From contig BQFW01000014.1 of the NCBI GenBank assembly GCA_020891255.1, forward strand, positions 930,001 through 994,000: a stretch of 64,000 bases of DNA, in the 5' to 3' direction. The notes under the pieces were generated by a model that saw nothing but the letters and a program-made list of their open reading frames with translations, did no database searches and was not told the DNA's origin. This stretch comes from Entomortierella parvispora E1425 (Eukaryota; Fungi; Mortierellomycota). The translations under genes were made by a program, and so were the position numbers. Below are positions 1-12,583 of the stretch, in pieces (position 1 is the stretch's first letter; every line of letters starts with the position of its first letter).

Positions 1-859
1 CTCGAAATCAGGGGGAACTTGCCTGATAAGACGGCTGTAGACTTGGTCCTTCATCTCCTGAGTTCCATGGAGTTCGATGACACGAGCACAGCCGTCTGAA
101 AGGTGTGTTAAAATAAGAATGTTGATAAAGTTAGCGAATTATCCATTGCCCTACTTTACAAACCTAAACACAAAAGCTGTAGATATGGTTCTTTTACCAG
201 TCATGGCAATGGGGCAACTGTAAAGACCAGAGCCAGAAGTCCAAAGCATGAGCTTTGCCATTTGGTAAATTCGCGAGAACTGGCCATACTTGCGTTCATA
301 GGCGATCGCAACAACGCCCTCGCGGGCTGCGATCCCCTTTTGTTTGTTCCAGGCTTCCGTCACGAGCAACTCGTCCACGCGTCTAGAGAGGAAAAGAACT
401 GTTATTTTATGATTCCCATGCTCCCTATTTCTGTTGATTATAGACTTGCCTGCACCATGAATCGTATTGACGGAGTCTCGGCTGGTCCTCTTCCATACGT
501 GCAGTCAAGGTAACTCCCTCTAGTGTAGTTGCAGGCAAGTTTGGTAACATGCGGGTGAGTAGCGGTCAATACACATAGCAAGTACAATACTTTATATTAC
601 CAGTGTTTGCCCAATCGCAGATCTGAATGAGATCACTGGGTCAATGGAGCAAAGACAGAGAAAACCAGGAAGTTAGATACTTTTTGGAAGCGGGGACATT
701 GATAAGTGCGGCTATGTGGACTCACGGCTTGATCTCATTTAGGACATTGCCGGGTAAGTATCTCTCAAGGACACTGATCATGACAGGGTCTTCAAGGAAC
801 GTATTCTGAACGTCAGGGACATCTTGTTTAAAACCGACATCGGCGGTAGCAAAAACCAT
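1..859 (-). CDS. AidB-like acyl-CoA dehydrogenase, multi-exon, 3' end runs off the window
   Basis: Spliced translation gives MVFATADVGFKQDVPDVQNTFLEDPV...EEDQPRLRQYDSWCRRVDELLVTEAWNKQKGIAAREGVVAIAYERKYGQFSRIYQMAKLMLWTSGSGLYSCPIAMT. These match AidB-like ACAD N-terminal motifs (EGVVAIAYER, CPxxMT) recalled from family knowledge. ATG at 859. Confidence 0.85.
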
Positions 860-2974
860 GATGAAAAAACGATCGAGGAGTGAAGGGGATAGAAATAAAA
901 AAAAAATAAAAAAAAAGATGGGAAGAAAAGGCGAACCGAGAGAGAGAGGACGGGTATTTAAACTAGATCTGAATGAGAAATGAGAAGCGGGGAATGGGGA
1001 GAATGAGATGGTCGAATGAGAAGTGAATGTCACTGCTGCATGAGGCGAGGACCCCTTGTGGGGGAAGAAGGTGGAGCGAACTGCTCTCGCGCATGCTTTT
1101 GGCACTTGCTTTGTGCCGCCCGAGCCGACGGGCGAATTTTGAGCGGGAAACCTGTCGGTGGCTGACGGCTGTCTGGACCACACGCGACGCGTCACTGAAG
1201 CAGAGACTAGGACGCGTGTGGCATTGAGGCAAAGCTTTCCGGGAAAAGAACGATTGTGCTGTGCAGCTGCAGCTGCAGGCCCATGTGTGCTACTCCAGTC
1301 CCTGTGGTGTGGTCCTTGTTGCCTTGGACTTGGATCCGCACTTGCTGCACCTTTGCAGGCCTCGCTGTCCCCTTGACACTGTCATGTTTGCATTCTTCTC
1401 TCTCTGTCTGCTCCATGCCACCCCTTTTCTTTTCCCTCCATTATTCCATCGTACGGTCGTCTCAGCATCAATCGCTGACTGAAGATCATTCACTGGGAAC
1501 CTTACCGCTGGTCGGATATCTATTGGAGGCACACACATGAGTATGACTGTGCTGCTGAGCTGATTGTCCATCACTCCTGTATGGATCCAGATCGACCCCT
1601 TTGTATATTAACAAAGCACAAAGAAAGAAGGGGTGTGGAAGGATGCGTTCATTTCCAGAACACAGACACAGGAAAACACGCAAAGAGAAGGGGGAACAAG
1701 GAGCTTCTGGCCATGTTCCCAACTCCTTCATTTCCCTCTCAATGACCGGCCAGATGGATGGGAAATGAGACAGACAGGCACCGAGAGACTGCCAGACGGA
1801 CGCCCGATAGATGGATGATGGCAAAGGGAGGGTGGAGCGATGCGATCCCAAGAGTCCAAGATAGTAGGTAAGGAAACCACACTCGAGTCTTTTGTTCTTC
1901 CTTCCCTCCACTGATAAAGCGGGGGAGGCAGCTCTCTCCCTCCCTTCTCTTTTTTCTCTCTCTCTTTCCTTCTATCTCTTGTGGGCTTCTATCACTCTGT
2001 CTGAATGGGGTTAGCAAGGATGTGCTCATCATCGTCCTTCATCCTGATCCCTTGACCAACAGGAGTGCAGCACAATTGCGTTTTGTATCGTCCTTGCATT
2101 CTTTCTATGTTCGCCTCCGATACACACACCTCACCTTCCCGGAAGAGTCCTCTTGATCCTGTTGCTATTGTCATTGCCATTCGCCACATTCTCGTCGCGA
2201 ATCAGGTCCCTCCAGCAAATCTCCATTTCATGTCTTTTGTCTTTTCCATCCTTCATCCCTCCACAGCACCTGTGCTTACCACAGTTGACTCCAGTGACGT
2301 TAGTCGTCTGGTCTCTTAAAATCACTACCCCTCCCTTTCGTTCGTCACCCAAGATCAGAAGAGGCATTTGTTGCATTCAGTAAGTGCAGTGCGTATCTTT
2401 CTCTTCTCCCACGACCCGGCAGAGAGCTGCCGTCCAATACTCTTTTTATTTCTCCACAACAACCTGCTTCAGCACGTCGATCCTCAAAGCCTCATTTCCC
2501 CAGCCTCAGTGCAGTCACCGTTGAAACTACAGGCACATCGCGCGCATTGGTGCTCTCGAGTTGACTCTCCTCTGATCAATTTATCTTCACTCATTTCTGC
2601 ACCCATGAGTCTCGCTGCCTGCCTTTGTTCACTAGAGCGACCTGAGCGATCTTTCTCGAAACCTTCGTAAGACCTCCAATTGCGCTCCAATCCCGTCCGT
2701 GCACTCTTGCACCCTTGTCCACATTAAGGCAACCACCCCCTTCAAAAAAAGTCAAATATTCTGGCCAACAAAACAGACGAAAGAAGAAAACGAGATCCCT
2801 TGTCCCTCCTCCCCACTTTTACTTTACTTCCCCTCAATTGCACGGAAGACCCCTCACTTCAGCACATCCTTTTGGGGCGAGCAAAAGGGAAACCTCAGCA
2901 CCTGGACCAACCAATCTCTCTTTCTTCTCTCTTTCTCTCTTGTACGACGTGCATCTCTGATCGATCCAATCTAG

Positions 2975-3079
2975 GTAACGCCTTCACTTTTTTCATCATC
3001 ACTATTGCTGGCATTCTCCCTTTTTTATTCTTCTCTCATCGTCAACTCAACTATACATCTAATACACGAAACCTCCCAG
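2975..3079 (+). other. Probable 5'UTR intron of the PKA gene
   Basis: Donor GTAACG at 2975, branch-like TCTAAT near 3058, acceptor CCCAG ending at 3079, 14 nt before ATG 3094. This explains the non-protein-like N-terminal part of the 847-aa ORF call. Confidence 0.55.
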
Positions 3080-3093
3080 GAAGCCCACGAACA

Positions 3094-4627
3094 ATGAACA
3101 CCATCCCTTTCCAAGGTCCTCCAGGGCAACCACAGCAACAACATCATCAGCAGCAGCAACAACACCATGGCAAAGTGGGTTCCAAGTCGTCCATGGGTCA
3201 TTCGCCAACGATGAGTCTGAAACAACAACAGGTTGCCTGGCCAAAGACAGCGTCCTCGAGGAAGCTGTCGACGTCCAGACCCAGTTCGCCTTATCCACGC
3301 AAGGAAGAGCAGCACTACCAAAATATTCTCTCCTCGTTTCCAACGCCATCCCTCTTTATCCGTGACATTCCCTCTTCATCCAACAACTCCTCGTCCTTGA
3401 AGTCATCGAGCTCGTTATCGTCCGCATCATCTTCTGCGCCTCCGTCGAGCGTACCTTCACCTGGGGCTCTGACGTTTCATCAGCAACAGCAACGGTATCT
3501 CCAAGGACAATACGTCCCGGGACCACTGTCGGCAGATCATGTGGGTGATGGTGCAAAGATGAAGGCTGCCTTTGTCGGACCTGGAGGGGACGGGCAGTAC
3601 AGAGAGCAGAGAGTTCGCGTCCGGTCTGAGGATAGCCAACAATTGCAATACCAACACCAGTACCAGCACCAATACCATCAGCAACAGCAGCAGCAGCAGT
3701 TTCACCATAGAGACCTTCGGCCGCCCTCTGCACAAGCAGGAGGAGGTGGAGGAGGTGGAGTAACGGCTGCAAGGCCTCCGCCAGCTCTCAGGAGCTCTGC
3801 ATCCGAGGCAAAATTGTCGCATCGACTCTCTGCTCATGGTAAGAGCACCTCCTCTCTTCCTCAACAGCAACAACAGCAACCTAGTCCACTTTATATCTCA
3901 GATCCAGGACAGTCGGGTCATCCTCCGGCAGCCGTGAGGGACTCGCCTGCTACCCCCTTCCCGATCCTGTACGATGGTTCCGAGGACAGTCAGATGGATA
4001 CCTGTGAATCCGACGGCACTTGCACGAATGGCCCCTACTTTCAGGGCGCTGCCGTCGTGAACAATGGAAGCAGCACCCCCGTGGAGTCTCACAGACCATC
4101 GTCCCTCTCAGTCTCGACCATTCCTCATACCTCCTATCGTGGCCCTGGCAGCGCTCGGTATGATTCTCAGTCGCATCCGCAAGACTTATACCATCAAGCG
4201 TCCCTCAACAGCGGCCGGCCCCTTTCCTCCGTGGAGAGGAAAAAGTCCAAGTCGTCGCCTCTGCCCTCGCCTGTGGGTTGCCCCACATTCCAGCAGCCTG
4301 GAGCTGACCCAACTGTAGACACACATCGCTGGGACCAACGACAGCATCCCCAACAACAGCTGCCATCATCCAGCACGGCAAAGGAATCATACCCTTACGA
4401 ACCGTCAAAACAACAGCCGGGTCACCCGTCCTCCACGTTTGCGTATGGTCACCCACAAGGACATAGGAGCGAAGAGAACCTCTATCAGGGGGGTCATGCA
4501 CCATATCAGCAACCTAATGTGGCGCCATGTGCTTCTTCTATGGGCCCTCAGGGATATGGGCACTACAACCAAGAGCCATTTGGACACAGTCAGTACCACC
4601 CCTCCACAACCCCTCATCAACACCAGC

Positions 4628-4679
<52 letters not shown>

Positions 4680-6338
4680 GCAACAGCAACAACAACAACA
4701 GCAACAGCAACAGCAGCAACAGCATCGGCTCCAACAGCAACCCCCGCATCAGTTTGGCTCCCAGTACCAACATCAACATCAACACCAACACCAACACCAA
4801 CACCAACACAACCACCAACAACACTACGGACACCCAAACGTGGCTCACGGACCATCCCATCAGCCGCAACACCACCACTCTGCAAGGACAGTGTCCCCAC
4901 AGCCATTCCAGTTTGAGCAGAAGCACTTCAACTTCCAGACTCAAGAGCTAATAGCAGTCAAGCCACGGCCATTCCAGCTCTCGGATTTTACCATGAACAG
5001 GACTATCGGCACAGGTTCCTGTGGAAGGGTGCATCTGGTTCAATCTGTTTACAACTCTCGTTTCTATGCACTCAAGGTTTTGAAGAAACGGCAGATTATT
5101 CAGACAAATCAAGTCGAGCACGTCAACGAGGAAAAGCGGATTTTGGAGCAGATTCGACACCCTTTCTTGGTCAAGACCTGGGGAACCTTCCAGGATCCCG
5201 CAAACCTGTACATTGTCATGGACTATGTTGTAGGAGGCGAGCTATTCAGTGTGTTGCGCCGCATGCAGGTAAAAAAAAACAACAGCACTAGTCTCTTCCG
5301 CCGCCTTTCGGCGCTTGTCAACAAGAGAGATTGCCATTTTTAACGATGATCTTTTTTTGGGAAAAAATCAACATAGCGCTTTTCCAACTCTGTGGCGAAG
5401 TTCTACGCCTGCCAAGTCTTGTTGGCGCTAGAGTATCTGCATGGCAACGACATTATTTACCGGGATCTCAAGCCTGAGAATATCTTGATCGATGCACAGG
5501 GAAATATCAAGATTACAGACTTTGGATTCGCAAAACATTTGGCAGAGAGCGAGACCGCTTGGACATTCTGTGGTACGCCGGATTACCTGGCGCCAGAAGT
5601 GATCAAGTCCAAAGGCTACGGCAAGGCTGCAGACTGGTGGTCATTTGGCATCTTTATCTTTGAGATGCTGGCAGGATACCCTCCATTCTATGACGATGAT
5701 CTATTCAAAATGTGCCAAAAGATTGTCGATGGTGAGATGAGGTACCCAAAGTACTTTGACGGACTGGCCAAGGATCTGCTAAAGAGACTCTTGGTCTCGG
5801 ATTTGACCAAGAGATACGGCAACTTGAGAGACGGTTGTCATGATATCCGGAACCATGCTTGGTTTGAGGGCGTGGACTGGTCCATGGTCCTGAGACGTGA
5901 GATCGCCGCACCTTTTGTGCCCGATGTGAAATGGGATGGCGATGCCAGCTGTAAGTGCTCTCACCCTGCTTCTGTGTCTATTTCACAAAACAATAATATC
6001 AACAAGAAGATGGCCTAACTCGCTCCGTCTTTCTTTCCTCCATCGCTTTTCGCGTTCTAGGCTTTGGATTCTATCCAGAAGAGGAGGAAGAAGATCAAGA
6101 AAACAAGAAGGTCGGCTCTCAATCCTCGTCCTCGATTGCAGGCCAATCGAGCAACGACAGTCTGACCGATGTTGCTTCCTCTGCTGGATCTTCGTTGACC
6201 ACGGCCACGACCTTGGCACCATCCAACCACGCCAGCCCCACACTGGATGCAGCCAAGCATGATGGTTCTACTATGGAGGACAGGGACCTGGACGAAGACA
6301 TGTCAACCGACTATAGAGATCTCTTCCCAGACTTTTAA
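3094..6338 (+). CDS. pkaC: cAMP-dependent protein kinase catalytic subunit with long Q/H/S-rich N-terminus. Exons about 3094-5268, 5377-5950, 6061-6338
   Basis: GTGSCGRV, YALKVLKK, YRDLKPEN, DFG, WTFCGTPDYLAPE, GYGKAADWWS, YPPFY and terminal FPDF. Canonical GT-AG introns keep the frame. Confidence 0.93.
4627..4722 (+). repeat. (CAA)17 followed by mixed CAA/CAG microsatellite, encoding most of a polyQ of about 33 residues in PKA
   Basis: Read directly from the sequence. Confidence 0.95.
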
Positions 6339-7055
6339 ATAATGATAATGCTCCGTTCTAGAATGCCTCTTCACCCCGCCCCCTTGTTTTCCCGCCGTTG
6401 ATCTCTCTTTATTGATTTTGTGTTTGAAGATGCTGGCGCAAGGTTCTGTTTCGTCCAATACTCCACATCAATTCATTCATTTCCCCCTTCACCCCGATCT
6501 GTCACTCTGTGGAGATGTTTTGTCATGTCACTCCGGGAAGCTTCCGCCCTTTTTTTTTTCCTTTGCTTTTTGGGTTTTCATGCTCCAATGACTCTTTGAG
6601 TGGTCAAGAAGTTGTGCCAGACGAGAGGGCAACTTTATTCTCAAGCACACGACATGTAACTACACCATGTGCAAATACATGAGTGAGTTGGACAGAGATG
6701 CCTATCTCGTCTGCAGTCAAAAAGAACCACGATAGACAGGACGTGGAGTAAGGGGTGAACAAACAAAAGAGATCTACTAACCGCACGAGGGTCCTCCATC
6801 AACCTTCTTTTTTTTTCCCACCCTGAATCCTATCTTTTTCCTGTGAGCCAAGAAATAAAAGGCGGGGGGAGCAGAGGGCCGTCCTTCGTATCCTTCACAT
6901 GTTGGAGATGAGATGGCGGTGGATGGCAAAAGTGAGAGGAGAACAAACACTCACAGCCAACTGATCGTAGGCTTGGACGGAAGGGAAGGGATACAGGGAG
7001 TGTCGACTGCTCCTTCCTTCCTTCCTCCGTCCCTTTCCATCTGTGCGACTCGTGC

Positions 7056-7086
<31 letters not shown>

Positions 7087-10000
7087 TGGGGGGGGGGGGT
7101 GTCAACATTGGGCAGCGGCAGCGGCATGGCATGATGGGAAAAACATGGACCATTAACCATCATTTGAGAGCGCCAAAAGTGTGTGTTTTCCTTTGCCTCT
7201 CCACATTGTCCTTGCACATCGATAAGGCCAGTGAAAATCAATGTAGAGCATGCCAACGAAAAAAGGCGATTAGGCACACGATAAAGGGAAAATGAGAGAG
7301 AGATGGCGAGGGAAATAAGGTGAGGAGATCGCGGTACAACCTCGTCGATATCGTTTGCACACGCGTGTTCGCCTGCAATGCACATGCACAATGCACCTCG
7401 CACACCAGGCTCAATACAACGAGGTGAGGACAGGAAGTAGGAAGGGGGGAGGGGGGAGAAGGAAGGAGGCGGAAGTGTGCAGGACACGATCTGGATGTGC
7501 GTCCTTCCCTTCGCGCGCATGAGCTCTACACTTCTGGAGAAAAGATGCGGAAGGTGAGTGATGGCAATGAGTGTTGGAGCTCTCAGGCCTGGCAGCTGAA
7601 TGCCTGGAAAAATCGTACCTTTGTTTGGATGAGAGTTTTGAATGGTCTTCTCTCAAGCCCTGGTCCGTCCATTTCATTTTTTTTCGGATGTCTATCTTTC
7701 TGTGCAATGTACCACTTTTTGCGTGGAGATATGATTTGGTGGGGCGATGACAAGAGAGAAAGACATCGGAGCCCTCGGCGATAGGTTACAGTCGTGGTAA
7801 TTACTCGGTCGGGGCAGAAAGGGAGGGAAGGCTCGCCTTAGCGTATCTTCGGTTTGGCGCCTTTCCCGCGCCTCTTGAAGATGTCGTGAGCTCAGTACAA
7901 GAAGCGCGCTGGGTGGCGTGCGTGCTCATTTCTCCACAAGGGTTGTGAGGCAGGGACAGGTGAGCAGGGATGAAAACTGTGTCCTACCCATGTGGAGTGG
8001 ATGCACTTTGAATGTTGTCTTTTGGAAGATGAGCACATATGACAGATCCTTTCAAAGGAGAACCTCGAGGGGAGAGGAAGAACCGGGATCGTGGTCCAGA
8101 GGCGAACATGTGAACCAGCAGCAGGATCATTCTGCGCCCAGCCAAACTCGTTTGTCCTCTTGTCAACCACACAATGCGATCCCAGGTCATCACTCATATC
8201 CTTGAGTCTGTGTTGGCTGCGTTGCCAGTCTCGACAAGGAAAGCAAGGGTTGGAGTAGAGATTAGAACCATACCTCGATTGTAGCAGGCTTTAGTTGTAG
8301 ACGCGCGGATGCAATCCCTGCAGGATTTTTTTTCTTTGATTGAATGAACAGGTTAGTTAGCAAACAGATACTTCAGTGTGAGTACTCATCGAAAATGGAC
8401 ATGGCAAAAATGGTACCAACCAGGCAGTGGCTCTCTCCCTCTCTCTCTTCCTGGGAAAGTACCTCTCCTAGTACTAGGGACGCTTCCGCTCTTTATTGGG
8501 AGGACCTCCTTGCGAACGGACGGGAGGCCACTATGCACCTGCTTGCGACTGTGTGTCCATTTGTTCATTTGTTGGTAGTCGCCCTCGGCCCATGCCCGAG
8601 TGTGTCAATGCACCTATTGCGTTTGATTTGACCCAACTCTTTTATTTTTACGCTCACGTAACGCGAGCCCTGCCTGCTCACTGCCTCCACGATGCTTTTT
8701 CTTTTTCTTTTTTCACCCTCGTTGTCAACTCTGTCTTGATCACGACCTTGTCAACAACTCCACCTCTGTCCCTCTCTCCCTTATCTCGGGCCCTGTCAAC
8801 TCTGCTTACCCGCCATTCACTCCCTCTTTATTTATTTTTGCCACCTTGATGGTCACCAAGAATCTGCTTCTTGTTTCTCTCTTTTCTTCGCTTGTCCTTT
8901 TGTAACCTTCTCTCCCTTCCATCCCCCCACTTCACTTGCATCCACAAACGCCTGGAAGATCCACAAGGCTATCGCACGACATATCTCAAAGCCCATTGGA
9001 TTCTGCAAACGCCACATTCTTGGGCGCTCACGAACCTCCACCTGCACCTGAACAACAGCGCAAACACATCAATATCTCGTGCCTTTTCAAGAGTTGCCGA
9101 CCTGAACACCTATCTTGCCCTCTCCTTGATCCTTGCCCTACAAGAAAACTCCACAGTTCTCCTTTTCCTGGGCACAGCCTTGGATACTTGCAGTAACCAC
9201 TCAACCACTAAACAACAGCCAAGTGGAACCTCGTAAGTGAATCGTGCGCCAACGCTAGCACCCTTCTCCTCAACCTCCTTTTCAACATTGACGGTTAACA
9301 GTCATCCGTTCACTGCTGTCGGTCACTCCTCAGCATGCTGATCCGTGGGCCCGTCTCCCAGCTTTCATCGGCCAGAAGTCACCCTGACCTCGTGTCTTCG
9401 AGCCCACCTTGCTTCATTTGACGAACCGCCGTGCCTGTGTTGACCCAGTTCGCTGTCACCGACATTTTTTTTTTGTATGACCATCAAATGCATTCCCCCC
9501 ACTGCTTTTTTTTAGAGCAGGCCATTCTTTTTTCTCAGGGCAGGAGACCCTGTCCATCCCTTGACAGCAGCCAATATGTTTTTCTCTTCCGTCCTGCTCT
9601 CACCACTCACATCAAAGTGGCTCTTTCATTTACGCGTTGACAGAATAACCAGGATCCACGAGAAATGATAAAATCCAACAAAAACAACCGACACTAATGC
9701 AATGTTTCTCTCTGCTCTCCCGCTCTTTCTTTATCTCTCTCTATCTGCCTCTCCATTCCTCCCCTTCCTCGCCCATCTTCTTTGTCGCGTCTTCAAAAAC
9801 TCCCGGAACAAACTGCATCCTATTGGACCCGTCTCGACTTTTTGTATAAATGGCTTTGAAGTGCTTGTACCATCCATTTTTTTTCTTACTCTTTTTTTTT
9901 CCGGAACCCACCGTCGAGACGCACTATCCTCCGCTGCCTGCTTGCCTTTGCCCTTGCCCTCACACCTGCTCTCTTCAATTGTCGACTTCTCTCTCCAATT

Positions 10001-10096
10001 TCTGTTATCTCCTTCCTTTCGAAACACAGACACAGACACGCACACAATTTTGCTTTTTTATCCTTTTTATTTACCTCAAGAGATCACACGGTCGCC

Positions 10097-11083
10097 ATGT
10101 CTGGGCCGGGCAACAGCTCGAGGATAGACTCTCAGTCCTCTCCACATGGTGAACTCAAAACTGTCTTTTACGAGCCCTTTGCGGTGAAGCGGCGTCAGCG
10201 GACCTCGCGGGACCAGGTCAGGACCCTCGAGAGAGTGTACATCGACAATCCAAAACCTAATGCTGTGATGCGCAAGCAATTGGCTAGCGATCTGAGGATG
10301 ACACCTCGTGGGGTTCAAGTCTGGTTCCAAAACCGGAGGGTAAAAGGCAAAGCAACGCCATCGGTCAGTGCGAACATCAATCCGGCTTCTGCTGTCGCAA
10401 CTGCTGGTCTAGGGATTGGCACTGTCAGTCCATGCCCGAGCAACTCACAACATCAGCTCGAGTCATCATTTTCGCTGCACCCTAACCACTCAAACACCAA
10501 CATTATTGTCATATCGTCGCCAATGATGAATCACCATGGTGCTACGGACCCTGAGAACCAAGAGGAGGTGGTTTCCCGGTTCCAAAAACAACTTCAGATC
10601 AGTACGACCAACCACAATCGCATCGACCATGGCAACCTTCACGCGACTCGCTCAGAATTCGAACGCGAGGCGTCCGCAGCATCCTCAGGCACGCCCAGAA
10701 CCACCGCGACGCCCACCATGCATCCCTCCCCTCCCTCTTCCTCCTCACCCTGCAGCTCATCTTCCTCCCCAGATTTCAACAGGGCCCCAACCAACTTTCT
10801 TTCCGTTGATGTTGCAGGCACGTTGGTCCATGGTCGTAGCATGCTTGGGATCACACAACAACCAACTCTGTCCTCAGTACCACCCGCACCTGCGCCACAA
10901 TGGACAGATGGGGCGGAAACGATCGACCGCCCGTTTCTAAGTTCAGGGATAGATTATGGACCGCTGTTCCTTTCGCCACACCAACAACGGATGATGGCCA
11001 TGTTCATGATGCCATCGTCTCCAGTCTCTCTCCCATCTGCTGACAATGGCCTTCACAACCCAGCCAACAACATCAACAATAGC

Positions 11084-11144
<61 letters not shown>

Positions 11145-12583
11145 GCAACAACAGCAACAACCATAACAACAACAGCAGCAACAGTAACAACGACAACATT
11201 GCGCTCTTTCGAATTACGACTGCTTCCGCTGCCGAGACCTTTCGTCTACCACATGTTCTCCCATCCCCCGACGCGTCCATGGCTTCTTCCTTCCCGCCTC
11301 CGTCATCGTTCCCCCTGTCGTCTTCGCAATTAACATCCACGCCCACGACCTCCGCGGACTTTGGTCCGAATAGCACCTTGTTATGGAACAATAACGATCT
11401 AGGACAGGGCTCAATGACTGCACCGCCCCAACCGTTGCCGTCATCTGCGTCCACAACATCAACCCCGATTGTCCATGCGGCATCGGGCCATCCAATCCCG
11501 ATTGTTGCCAACAGCAACACTTCTGTTGGATTTATGAACACGGACTCGACCCTTACATCCGCAGCAGCTCTTGCAACAGCCCCCGGCCTTATCTCTGCCC
11601 ACAGGCGCACCACAAGGCCAATCATCTCTAGCTTCTCTGAGCACAACATCTACTCGACTCACCTAGCCGAATCGCCTCCAGCTGCGATGACCCCTCTTCC
11701 CAAGGACTCCCCCGCCGATATCCATCTTGGCCACAACAGCAGCAGTTGGCCTATGGGATACTCGCTTGTCGACCGTGGTAAAAAAAAAAAAAAAAAGAGG
11801 ACCCTGGCTGTACACAGGGTTGAAAATGTGATTCGTCTTTTGTGACCCTGTACTCACCATCGATAATGATCTCTAATATTTGTCCTCGCTCGTCGTGCTT
11901 TTTCAATAGTCTTGCGGGGCCAAAGAGATCAAAGACCAGGGTCCTATCCATTGACATCCTCGGCCTCTCAGCACACTATCGGAACCGGCGATACTTATCA
12001 ACGGCAACAGCAACAACAACAACAACAACAACAACAGCTGCAACAGCTGCAACAACTTCAGCACTTGCAGCTACATCATCAACATCACCCATCGTACCAT
12101 CCCTATCTGTCTTACTCGAAACTACACCAACAGGAGCGACCTTCGACCATGACCTTGATGCGTCGAATGTCCATGCCAGCCAATATGGGAAGCCCAATCT
12201 TCCGCCTAGGAGATCGGGACCGACATTATGATCACTACCATCATCCTCCTCACCATCACTCTCACCACCATCGGCAGCCATACCTCAGCAGAACCCCTTC
12301 TGCATCCTCTACCCATGCTGCTTCCTCGGCAGTGATGACCGCTTCGACTACTCCAAATGTCACATTCATATCGTCGCAGTCGTCCCCGTTCCCGATCCCT
12401 TCAGCCACAGCGGCCCAGGGCCAACCGAGCCTGTTTACATTAACCCACCCATTTCCAATGTCACAGCCTCCTCAAAATCCATTCAACGCTAATACCGAGA
12501 GCGAGTCGTACAAGGAGGCTCTCCTTCTCTTTCAGCATCGACAACAACAGCAACAGATGGAGCAACGAAGTCAACAGTCATAG
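10097..12583 (+). CDS. Homeodomain transcription factor with N/Q/H-rich tails. Exons 10097-11777 and 11910-12583
   Basis: FYEPFAVKRRQRTSRDQVRTLERVY...LASDLRMTPRGVQVWFQNRR, containing the helix-3 WFQNRR motif. Intron 11778-11909 (GTAAAA...AATAG) joins the two ORFs in frame. Confidence 0.9.
11084..11143 (+). repeat. (AAC)20 microsatellite encoding poly-Asn in the homeodomain TF
   Basis: Read directly from the sequence. Confidence 0.95.

Noticed and set aside
2800-3093. N-terminal extension of the 847-aa ORF call
   Set aside because: Non-ATG start, and the region contains a probable 5'UTR intron.
4405-4951. Alternative-frame poly-L/N/T/V ORFs over the PKA repeat, and similar ones at 10943-11649, 44494-44940 and 58131-58418
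   Set aside because: These are by-products of stop-free CAA/CAG repeats.
6887-6895. GTATCCTT, a U12-like donor (also ATATCCTT near 8196)
   Set aside because: Both are intergenic, with no supporting exon or U12 branch site.
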